Below, piece by piece: positions 1 through 6,572 of a DNA stretch of 14,742 nucleotides. Source of the DNA: Candidatus Eiseniibacteriota bacterium. GTDB taxonomy: Bacteria > Eisenbacteria > RBG-16-71-46. Where the stretch lies: positions 1 through 14,742 of the forward strand of contig JANLOX010000349.1 of the NCBI GenBank assembly GCA_031366795.1, read 5' to 3'. The notes under the pieces are model-generated. The model made no database searches. It was not told the DNA's origin and saw only the letters and a program-made list of their open reading frames with translations. The position numbers and the translations under genes were made by a program. Position 1 is the stretch's first letter, and every line of letters begins with the position of its first letter.

Positions 1-90
1 CAATTCAAAGCGGTTTCGCTGGCGAGTTTCCGGCTACGCGCCGAGACGGCGGCCATCGGCGTCGCGGCGTGGTGGGCTGCCCAGCCGTAA
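1..90 (+). CDS. rsmE: C-terminal fragment of 16S rRNA m3U1498 methyltransferase RsmE (partial, runs in from left edge)
   Basis: Frame 1 reads QFKAVSLASFRLRAETAAIGVAAWWAAQP* (TAA 88-90). This matches the RsmE C-terminal motif vSLg.riLRaETA. Only 29 codons are visible. Confidence 0.72.
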   Translation, partial: QFKAVSLASFRLRAETAAIGVAAWWAAQP

Positions 91-151
91 ATCCCGCAGT
101 TCATGTCAGTTAAGGACATATCAGGATCGCCTGCCGTCCGAATGATTGAAG

Positions 152-168
152 CAGCAGTTTCGGAAGCC
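152..168 (+). repeat. Left terminal inverted repeat of IS
   Basis: CAGCAGTTTCGGAAGCC; 15/17 match to reverse complement of 2050-2066. Confidence 0.75.
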
Positions 169-267
169 CCTTGAGCCCCCTGCGTTCTGAGCCCTGATTG
201 TAGTGGGTTTGGACTGTATTGGCCCCTGGGGCAAGCAGGCTGCTATTTTCGCACTCATGGAACGGGC

Positions 268-296
268 TTGCGTTAGGAGCCGTCTGCAACCATAAT
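268..296 (+). promoter_or_regulatory. sigma70-type promoter of the IS genes, overlapped by an inverted repeat
   Basis: TTGCGT (268-273)-N17-CATAAT (291-296). The predicted +1 near 303 lies just before ATG 306. Confidence 0.6.
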
Positions 297-305
297 GGAT
301 TGCAG

Positions 306-656
306 ATGAAGATCACTCCGAAAGGTTCTGAAGCGGCGCGCCTGCGGCAGCGGAAGTACGCGCTGATCCGCCGCTTCGCCATTCCCGGGGACCCGCTGCC
401 GGGTTCGCTGGTGCTGAGCCACCGGCGGTGTGGCAAGCCGACCTGCCATTGCGCCAAGGGCGGTGAGAGCCATCCGATCTGGTACCTGAGCTTCTCGGTG
501 GAGGGCCGCAAGCGTCAGGAACGCATCCCTGCCGAATGGGTCGAGGAGGTTCGTCGTCGCGTCGAGGCGGGGCGTGCGTACAAGGATGCGGTCAGCGAGG
601 TGTTCGTCGCCAACGCCGAGTTGCTGGTGCTGTGGCGGCAGCAACGGCCGCGCTAA
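306..656 (+). CDS. DUF6788-like small Cys/His IS accessory protein (116 aa)
   Basis: Motif GSL...RRCGKPTCHCAKG..HP.WYLS followed by a helical C-terminus, typical of small ORFs upstream of transposases. Start moved from 219 to ATG 306, downstream of the promoter. Confidence 0.8.
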   Translation: MKITPKGSEAARLRQRKYALIRRFAIPGDPLPGSLVLSHRRCGKPTCHCAKGGESHPIWYLSFSVEGRKRQERIPAEWVEEVRRRVEAGRAYKDAVSEVFVANAELLVLWRQQRPR

Positions 657-1846
657 CGCTCTCGGCGATTGCGCGGTTCCGGCGCTTTGTGTTCCGGGGG
701 CTGCGGCTGGCCGAGTATCTGGATCATCCGGGCGACGGGCGGCAAGCGCCTCAGATCAGCGCTCGCGATCTGTTGTGGTCGTTGCTGGCGGGTCAGGTGC
801 TGCGCGAGCCGAGTCACCACGCGGTGGAAGCACTGGTGCGTTCCTCGGCACGCCGTGCGCTCGGAGTCACGCGACGCTTCGGCGACGACACGTTGAGCTA
901 CTTCACCGAGCGGCTGGCAGCCGGGTCGATGCGTGTAGCCCTGGCGGGGGTCGTGCGGCTCGCCAAGCGCAACAAGGCGTTCGAGGGTGCACGCTGGATC
1001 GGGCTGGCGCTCGACGGCACGGGTGCGGCGGCAGGCTTGGCGCATCCGTGCGCATGGTGTCATCCGATCGTCGATACGGAGGGTTCGACGGTGAGTCACC
1101 TGCACCATCTGAGCCTAGTCAGTGTGGTCGGCGCGGGGCTGTCGCTGCCGTTCGATGTGGAGCCGTATGCGCCGGGCGACAGTGAACTGTGTGCCAGTGA
1201 ACGCCTGCTCGAGCGCGCGGTCCAGCATCTGGGGCGCCGCTTCGCGGACTACGTGGTCGTCGATGGGCTGTATGCCCACGCGCGGTTCCTGCATCGCGCC
1301 GGTGCGCACGGGTTGCGCGTCGTGGCGCGGCTGAAGGACAACTTGCCGACGTTGATGAACGCGGCGCGCCAGCGGTACGAGGGCACGCCGGCACACCAGA
1401 TGTTCGAGCGCGGCGGCGACCGGGTCGAACTCTGGGATGCCGATGACTTCGATCCCTGGGGATCGCTCGAATGGGCCACGGTGCGGGTGATCCGCTACCG
1501 GCAGACCCGGCGCGATGGGACGGTATGCGAGGCCTACTGGCTGACCGATTGGCCGACGGCGCGCGTGGGACCGCGGGCACTCTACGCTATGGCGAAGAGC
1601 CGCTGGGAGATCGAGAACCAGGGCTTCAACGAGGCCAAGAACCAACATGCCCTGGAGCACGTTCACCATCATCGTCCCGCGAGCCTGCTGATCAACTGGC
1701 TGCTGGTGATGTTCGCGCTCACGCTCGAGCGCCTCTACCGGCTTCGCTATCTGCGTCGCGGGACCCATCGCCCGTTGGCGGCCATCGATTTGGTGCGCCG
1801 GTTGCGGCTGAGTCTGTCACCACCCTTGGCTCTCGACACCGGCTGA
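632..1846 (+). CDS. DDE transposase (DDE_Tnp_1-like); start uncertain (GTG 632 or GTG 689)
   Basis: Catalytic-type motifs LALDGT, VVVDGLY and RWEIENQGFNEAK, plus RLKDN and a CxxC after the first Asp. The frame is open to TGA 1844-1846. Confidence 0.85.
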   Translation: MAAATAALTLSAIARFRRFVFRGLRLAEYLDHPGDGRQAPQISARDLLWSLLAGQVLREPSHHAVEALVRSSARRALGVTRRFGDDTLSYFTERLAAGSMRVALAGVVRLAKRNKAFEGARWIGLALDGTGAAAGLAHPCAWCHPIVDTEGSTVSHLHHLSLVSVVGAGLSLPFDVEPYAPGDSELCASERLLERAVQHLGRRFADYVVVDGLYAHARFLHRAGAHGLRVVARLKDNLPTLMNAARQRYEGTPAHQMFERGGDRVELWDADDFDPWGSLEWATVRVIRYRQTRRDGTVCEAYWLTDWPTARVGPRALYAMAKSRWEIENQGFNEAKNQHALEHVHHHRPASLLINWLLVMFALTLERLYRLRYLRRGTHRPLAAIDLVRRLRLSLSPPLALDTG

Positions 1847-2049
1847 ACGCACGGCGCCGGTTCGTCCCGCACCACCACTCCCTATAGATGCTACGCGTCC
1901 CGCCCGCCTCGAGCAGCGCAGGCTTCGGGGCGCTCGGCTGTGAATGGCGCAGCCGAAACGCCGTGCGCGACGATGGGACCACCCGCAGCATCCCGCTCGC
2001 CACCGTCCATAGCGCCGTCCCATCGCCAGTTGCGGGCCCTGGCGCAGGT

Positions 2050-2066
2050 GGGTTCCGAAACGGCTG
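2050..2066 (-). repeat. Right terminal inverted repeat of IS
   Basis: GGGTTCCGAAACGGCTG; its reverse complement matches 152-168 at 15/17. Confidence 0.75.
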
Positions 2067-2083
2067 GGCGCTGGGTGGCCCGC

Positions 2084-2112
2084 TTGATGCAGCAGCGACG
2101 CTCTGCTAACTT
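2084..2112 (+). promoter_or_regulatory. sigma70-type promoter for tRNA-Gln
   Basis: TTGATG-N17-TAACTT with extended -10 TG (2104-2105), 17 nt upstream of the tRNA. Confidence 0.55.
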
Positions 2113-2129
2113 TCGCCACCGCAATACAC

Positions 2130-2203
2130 TGCCCCGTGGTGTAACGGTAGCACGGCTGGCTCTGGACCAGTTAGTTAAGGTTCGAATCCTTACGGGGCAG
2201 CCA
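2130..2203 (+). tRNA. tRNA-Gln (anticodon CTG)
   Basis: Acceptor stem TGCCCCG/CGGGGCA, anticodon arm GCTGG-CTCTGGA-CCAGT, T arm TAAGG-TTCGAAT-CCTTA, encoded CCA. Confidence 0.97.
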
Positions 2204-2223
2204 TCTTCAAGCAGAGCCGCGTC

Positions 2224-2251
2224 TTGACCCACGCGCCGCTGCGCGCATAAT
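2224..2251 (+). promoter_or_regulatory. sigma70-type promoter for tRNA-Glu
   Basis: TTGACC-N16-CATAAT between the two tRNA genes. Confidence 0.5.
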
Positions 2252-2289
2252 TTGCCATCAGCCTCTGGCGGCAAAGCTGTACCCCGTGT

Positions 2290-2365
2290 GGCGCTATCGT
2301 CTAGGGGACTAGGACAGATGATTCTCAGTCATCGAACCGGGGTTCGAATCCCCGTAGCGCTACCA
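2290..2365 (+). tRNA. tRNA-Glu (anticodon CTC)
   Basis: Acceptor stem GGCGCTA/TAGCGCT, anticodon arm GATGA-TTCTCAG-TCATC, T arm CGGGG-TTCGAAT-CCCCG, encoded CCA. Confidence 0.97.
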
Positions 2366-2476
2366 TCCTTGATCGCAGCACCCTGAATCGACGCGAACCT
2401 GTTGCAGGCGAGACCCATCGCCTCGGTTCGCAATCGAACCGCCCGATGCAGCCCCGCTTGCCCGGTGGTGTGGGAA

Positions 2477-2505
2477 GGGGGTAGCAGGACGAACCCGCTA
2501 TCCCC
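2477..2505. terminator. GC-rich hairpin between convergent tRNA-Glu and lipoprotein gene, possible terminator
   Basis: GGGGGTAGC (2477-2485) pairs with GCTATCCCC (2497-2505) with one G-U pair. There is no convincing U tract on either strand. Confidence 0.3.
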
Positions 2506-2542
2506 AATCCGGTCGGTTCGCGCGCAGCGTCGATCCGCGCTC

Positions 2543-4903
2543 CTAATTCCCCGGCAGGGTCACCGTCTGTGACGCGCTACCGGTCAGGCCGGTCGGCGCG
2601 ACCACGAACGTCACCGGATGCGTGCCACCTGTGCCGCCAAAGCCCGGCAGGCCGGTGGTGAACGAGTTGCTGTCGTAGTTCCCGCCCGACACGCCGGCGT
2701 TCGCGACGCATGCGCTGATGCCACCCGCGCCACCGCCGCGAAGACCGGCAGCTCCAGTGCCTCCGGTTCCGGCAGCGATAGGTGTCCCGCTGCCCGCCAA
2801 TCCACTCGCGCCGCCCGCGCCAAGGCCGAAGTTGCCGCCGCTGCCGCCGTTACCACCGTTGCCACCGTTCTTCGAGGTGAAGTAGCAGAGGCTGAACGTG
2901 GGCAGGGCATTGTAGAGGTACACCGCGAACGAGGCTCCGCCGCCGTTGCCGCCGGCCCCGCCCGTGCCGTATCCGCCGCCGCCACCACCACCACCACCGT
3001 TGCCGCCGGTGCCGGTGTTGCCGCAGAGGAAGCCCGTCGTCGTATTCCCACCGCCGCCTCCACCGCCACCGCCCGCGCCACCAGCGCCGTTGGCGCCATT
3101 GTTGCCGGCCGCGGGATTCCAAACCCCACTTGCGGTCTGGCCGCCGTTCACCAGGCTGGCACCGTTCGCGCCGTCACCGGGCGCGCAGGCGTTGAAGCCG
3201 TTCTGGCCGCCGCCGCCGGGGGAGCACTGGAAGGTACTGCCGCCGAAGCCGCCGCCGTTGCAGCCGAGGCTGGGGCCGCCCGTGCCGCCGTTGCCGCCAC
3301 CACCGCCTCCGCCCGTGCCGCCATTGCCGCCGCCCGGAGCGCCGCCGATTCCGCCGGCCTGGCCGGGAGCGCCCGACGCGGGGCCGCCGCTGGCGCCCGG
3401 CGGCTTCGGAATACCGCCCGCGCCGTTGCCCGCGGTGAACTTGCAGTCGGTGAGCAGCAGCGCCGACGTGCTGTTCGAGATGCTGAGCGCGATCGACGTG
3501 CCGCCCGGCGTCACCTGGTTGCTCGCTCTGATGTCCATGCCGCTGACGAGGGTCGCCGTCGTGGCGTCCTTGATCAAGGCGGGCGACGTGCCGACGTTGA
3601 CGATGCTGTAGTTGCCCAGCGACTGCGTCCACGTGGTGCCGGTCGTCATCCCGCCGCGCACCTCCGCGGCCGCCGGGAACAACGGCGTCTCCGTGTACGT
3701 GCCCGTCGCGACGTAGATGTACTTGCGGTTGAAGATCGACGCGAGGGTGAAGCCGTTGCCCAGCGTTGCGACCGGCTGGTCGTAGGTGCCGGGGTTGGCG
3801 TCGCTGCCGCTCGCCGAGATGAATACGCCGTCCACCACGTTCACTTTAACGACCGCGAGTCCGATTGCGCCCTGGTTGTCGGTCACGCGCAGCTTGGCCA
3901 GGTAGGTTCCGGCCGTGCCGTAGTCGTGCGTCGTGCTCGCCGTCGAGGCGCTCGAGTAATCGAACGTGCCGTCGTTCGTAAAGTCCCATTCGTAGCGGAC
4001 GATCGAGCCGTCGGCGTCGCTGCCCGTCCCAGACAGCCCCGTGAGCGTGTGCGCAACCGGCGAAGTCGGCAGGCTCGGGCTCGCCGTCGGCGGGAGGTTC
4101 GAGTTGAGCGGCAGCTGGAAGGAGGGGAGCGGGAGGCTGTCCCCGGCGGCGGTGATGGATCCAGACACCGAGCGATCGAGGTAGCCGGGGTGCGTGCCGC
4201 GCACGACCCAGCTGCCGACCGGCACGCCCTCGAGCGTAAAGTTGCCGGCGGCATTGGTGACCGCGACGTACGAGCTGCCGTCCACATACACGACGGTGCT
4301 CTGGTGGTTCGTCGCGTTCTCGAGCGTGACGTTGCCGTAGAACTTGCCGGTCGGCATCATCGCGATGTCGACGATCGTCGTCTCGGCCGCGGTGGACGAG
4401 TAGGGCCTCACGTTCGCCCGCACGATTCCCGCGATGTGGTTCTGCGCGATCCCGGTCAGGAGGTACGCGCCCGCGGGTACTTCGGTGAAGGCGAATCGGC
4501 CATGAATGTCGGTCACCGTGGAGCGGCTCGGGCTCGCGAGTGCCGCGCTGGCGAGGCGATCACCGATGCGTGCCGGTGTGCTCGCGAGCGGCTTCCCGCT
4601 CGAGGAATTCTGCGCGCGGGCTGCTGGCGCCTGGCCGCGGATCGCACGATAGACGCTGGCCGACACGCCGCCGTCGATCGCCTCGAGCGTGACGACGACT
4701 CCCTGCAGCGCCGCACCACCCTGCGCGTGCGCGGAGCCCGCGATCACCGCACCGGACGAAGGCGCGGGCAGCGGCGCGAATGCACTCCGGTTGGCGTTGC
4801 CGCACCCCAGTTGAAATGCGAGCAGGATAAACAGGGTGAACGCCGCCGAATACGCGAGTGTCGCGTAGCGGCGCGAATTCGAGGTCCGAGGGGAACGGCG
4901 CAT
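2543..4903 (-). CDS. Large putative surface lipoprotein: two carboxypeptidase-regulatory-like beta domains, PKD domain, DUF1565-like motif, Gly-rich (PGRS-like) C-terminal region
   Basis: Basic N-terminus, hydrophobic stretch and LGC (Cys34). TDxxGRFAF..VPAGAY and TNAAGNFTL..VPVG repeats. PKD signature DADGSIVRYEWDF...YGTAGTY...VTDNQG. GSDANPGT..P..T...IYVATGTY motif. GGxGGxGG repeats. GAGAGG RBS upstream. Confidence 0.88.
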   Translation of the reverse strand: MRRSPRTSNSRRYATLAYSAAFTLFILLAFQLGCGNANRSAFAPLPAPSSGAVIAGSAHAQGGAALQGVVVTLEAIDGGVSASVYRAIRGQAPAARAQNSSSGKPLASTPARIGDRLASAALASPSRSTVTDIHGRFAFTEVPAGAYLLTGIAQNHIAGIVRANVRPYSSTAAETTIVDIAMMPTGKFYGNVTLENATNHQSTVVYVDGSSYVAVTNAAGNFTLEGVPVGSWVVRGTHPGYLDRSVSGSITAAGDSLPLPSFQLPLNSNLPPTASPSLPTSPVAHTLTGLSGTGSDADGSIVRYEWDFTNDGTFDYSSASTASTTHDYGTAGTYLAKLRVTDNQGAIGLAVVKVNVVDGVFISASGSDANPGTYDQPVATLGNGFTLASIFNRKYIYVATGTYTETPLFPAAAEVRGGMTTGTTWTQSLGNYSIVNVGTSPALIKDATTATLVSGMDIRASNQVTPGGTSIALSISNSTSALLLTDCKFTAGNGAGGIPKPPGASGGPASGAPGQAGGIGGAPGGGNGGTGGGGGGGNGGTGGPSLGCNGGGFGGSTFQCSPGGGGQNGFNACAPGDGANGASLVNGGQTASGVWNPAAGNNGANGAGGAGGGGGGGGGNTTTGFLCGNTGTGGNGGGGGGGGGYGTGGAGGNGGGASFAVYLYNALPTFSLCYFTSKNGGNGGNGGSGGNFGLGAGGASGLAGSGTPIAAGTGGTGAAGLRGGGAGGISACVANAGVSGGNYDSNSFTTGLPGFGGTGGTHPVTFVVAPTGLTGSASQTVTLPGN

Positions 4904-4917
4904 GGGAAGCTGCCTCT

Positions 4918-5532
4918 CTAGTAAGGAAGACGCGCGAACGAGCGCACGACCATGAGGTCTCCGGCGCTCAATCTCACGAAGTATCGACCCGCCGGCAGCG
5001 TGCGCCCCGTCGCGTCGCGGAAGTCCCAGTTCACGGTTCGGTCCTCGCCGGCTCCGGCGAGTCCCGTCCAGCCCATCAACAAACGTCCGTTTACGTCCAC
5101 GACTTCGAGCGCGATAGGCCCCGTGTCACGGATACGCATGCGGAAACTGACGCTGCTTCTGCCCGGGTTGGGCCACGGCGGCAACAGCGCGCTCTTGAGG
5201 AATCGCGCGTCGACATCAACGCCGGTCGTCACGTTGGTCACGACGATGCCGCGACGATAGGCAACCTGGTAATCGTCGAGGCGCACCTCGAGGTCGTAGG
5301 TGCCCGCCGGAATGGCGCCGATGCAGTAGTGGCCGGTGGCATCGGTGGCGCCGTTGTAGCCTGTGTACTGCCCCGTGGTCTGCCGGACGAAGATCCCCGC
5401 CGCGACAATGGGGTTCGCCGTGACCGCATCGCGCACCGTGCCGCAGATCACACCCGTGGCGGAAGCAGGGACGGCGAGAACTAGCCCCAGCAACAGGGCG
5501 AGCAGGGTGGCGCGTGAGGGGTGAGCGGCCAT
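4918..5532 (-). CDS. Exported protein: signal peptide, carboxypeptidase-regulatory-like domain and FlgD-Ig/T9SS-type C-terminal sorting-like domain
   Basis: Signal LLALLLGLVLAVPASA. TDATGHY.I..IPAGTY motif. C-terminal PWPNP...LEVVDVNGR...WD.RD.TG..LPAGRYFVRL. GGAG RBS 8 nt before ATG 5532. Confidence 0.85.
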   Translation of the reverse strand: MAAHPSRATLLALLLGLVLAVPASATGVICGTVRDAVTANPIVAAGIFVRQTTGQYTGYNGATDATGHYCIGAIPAGTYDLEVRLDDYQVAYRRGIVVTNVTTGVDVDARFLKSALLPPWPNPGRSSVSFRMRIRDTGPIALEVVDVNGRLLMGWTGLAGAGEDRTVNWDFRDATGRTLPAGRYFVRLSAGDLMVVRSFARLPY

Positions 5533-5850
5533 GGGCAAAGCTCCGAGTCGACGTTGGGCGTTCCGACCTACAAGCGAAGACCCTTAAGTGTCTCTTGGGG
5601 GAGGGCCGGGAACAAGGCTGAAATGAGGCTGGTCGCGGGGGAGGGCATGGAATGCCCTCGGGTTCGTCATGCTCTTTGCCATACCCAATCCTGGTAACCC
5701 GCAGGAATGCTTGTCACGAAGCGCGGTAGCATGTCAGGACACCACCGTGTTGGCGGGGGTGCACTTGAGAGCGTGTCCGCGCGTTTGAGCCGGTATTGGG
5801 AACGGTAATTACATGTCAAATATACGTTTATGCCCACGCTAATCTGCTCC

Positions 5851-5878
5851 CTCAGCTATTGGCCGGAACTTCCGATAA
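5851..5878 (+). promoter_or_regulatory. sigma28 (FliA/WhiG/SigD)-family promoter of the FHA-kinase-pilT operon
   Basis: CTCAGC-N14-TCCGATAA, compared with the established consensus TAAA/TCAA-N15-GCCGATAA. It lies 48 nt upstream of ATG 5927. Confidence 0.65.
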
Positions 5879-5926
5879 CTCTCGGGATCGCACCTGCGAC
5901 CGACCGCCGTTCTCGGAGGTTCTACC

Positions 5927-6544
5927 ATGGGCAACATTGCCGCACGCTACGCGCCTGAAGCCGACAACGTGCTCATGCGCGTTCGCGTCACGTTGAAGGG
6001 ACGTCCGATCCGCTCGTACGTCTTCAGTCAGGAGCGCGTGAAGATCGGGCGCAACCCTGAAGCGGACATCTTCCTCGACAACCCGGGCGTGTCGCGCGAC
6101 CACCTCCAGCTTGAGCGGTCCCGCAATGGCGACTACGTCATGCAGGACGTCGGCAGCGCGAATGGCACGCTGATCAATGAGCAGCCGGCCACGAGCACGC
6201 GTATCAACGACCAGGACGTGATCCAGATCGGGAAGTTCAGCTTGCACGTGTCGTACGAAACGGACCGCCGCGGCTCGGCGGATGACGAGAAGGGCGCGCT
6301 CCCAACGATCGAGGACGGCACGATGGTGCTCTCGACGGTCGACCTGCACAAGATGATCGCGAAGGCGCATGAAGCCGAATCGGTCGCCGCCAGCAAGCAG
6401 GGTGGTGTCAGCAATCCCTACACCGCGATGACCGAGAAGGCCGCTGCGGTCCGGCAACGCTGGATCACCATGGGTGTGTTCGCCGCCGGAACAATCGTGG
6501 GTGCTGCCGCGATGTTCTTCATTTCCCGGCTCCTGAAGTGGTAG
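5927..6544 (+). CDS. FHA domain protein with C-terminal transmembrane anchor
   Basis: FHA motifs IGR, VSRDH, GSANGT and IQIGKF with pThr-binding residues intact. C-terminal hydrophobic helix WITMGVFAAGTIVGAAAMFFI. RBS GGAGGT. Confidence 0.92.
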   Translation: MGNIAARYAPEADNVLMRVRVTLKGRPIRSYVFSQERVKIGRNPEADIFLDNPGVSRDHLQLERSRNGDYVMQDVGSANGTLINEQPATSTRINDQDVIQIGKFSLHVSYETDRRGSADDEKGALPTIEDGTMVLSTVDLHKMIAKAHEAESVAASKQGGVSNPYTAMTEKAAAVRQRWITMGVFAAGTIVGAAAMFFISRLLKW

Positions 6545-6572
6545 GCCGGGGTCACTAGCCCCAGGACGGACC

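Larger units (their letters stand above)
152..2066 (+). mobile_element. Insertion sequence (~1915 bp) with DUF6788-like ORF and DDE transposase (IS4-superfamily-like; family not firmly assigned)
   Basis: Left end CAGCAGTTTCGGAAGCC (152-168) and reverse complement of right end CAGCCGTTTCGGAACCC (2050-2066) match at 15/17 positions. They enclose an accessory ORF and a transposase. No flanking direct repeat is visible. Confidence 0.8.

Noticed and set aside
79..88. GCCCAGCCGT as alternative left IS end (10-bp inverted match to 2060-2069)
   Set aside because: It lies inside the rsmE coding end and is shorter than the 15/17 match starting at 152.
219..631. Longer starts for the accessory ORF (219) and the transposase (536)
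   Set aside because: 219 lies upstream of the predicted promoter. The 536 extension overlaps the accessory gene and reads as off-frame sequence.
2340..2365. tRNA 3' end as attachment site of an integrated island
   Set aside because: No integrase and no duplicated tRNA 3' fragment found in the window.
2940..3430. GCC/CCG-rich repeats as CRISPR or DNA tandem repeat
   Set aside because: Explained by Gly codons of the PGRS-like region; no constant repeat-spacer periodicity anywhere in the window.
2618..4921. 767-aa plus-strand ORF and Pro-rich ORF 2946-3611
   Set aside because: Antisense shadows of the Gly-rich minus-strand gene; low-complexity Arg/Ala/Pro sequence without domain motifs.
5666..5681. 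Minus-strand TGGCAAAGAGCATGAC as sigma54 promoter
   Set aside because: Has GA instead of the conserved GC at -12; not supported.
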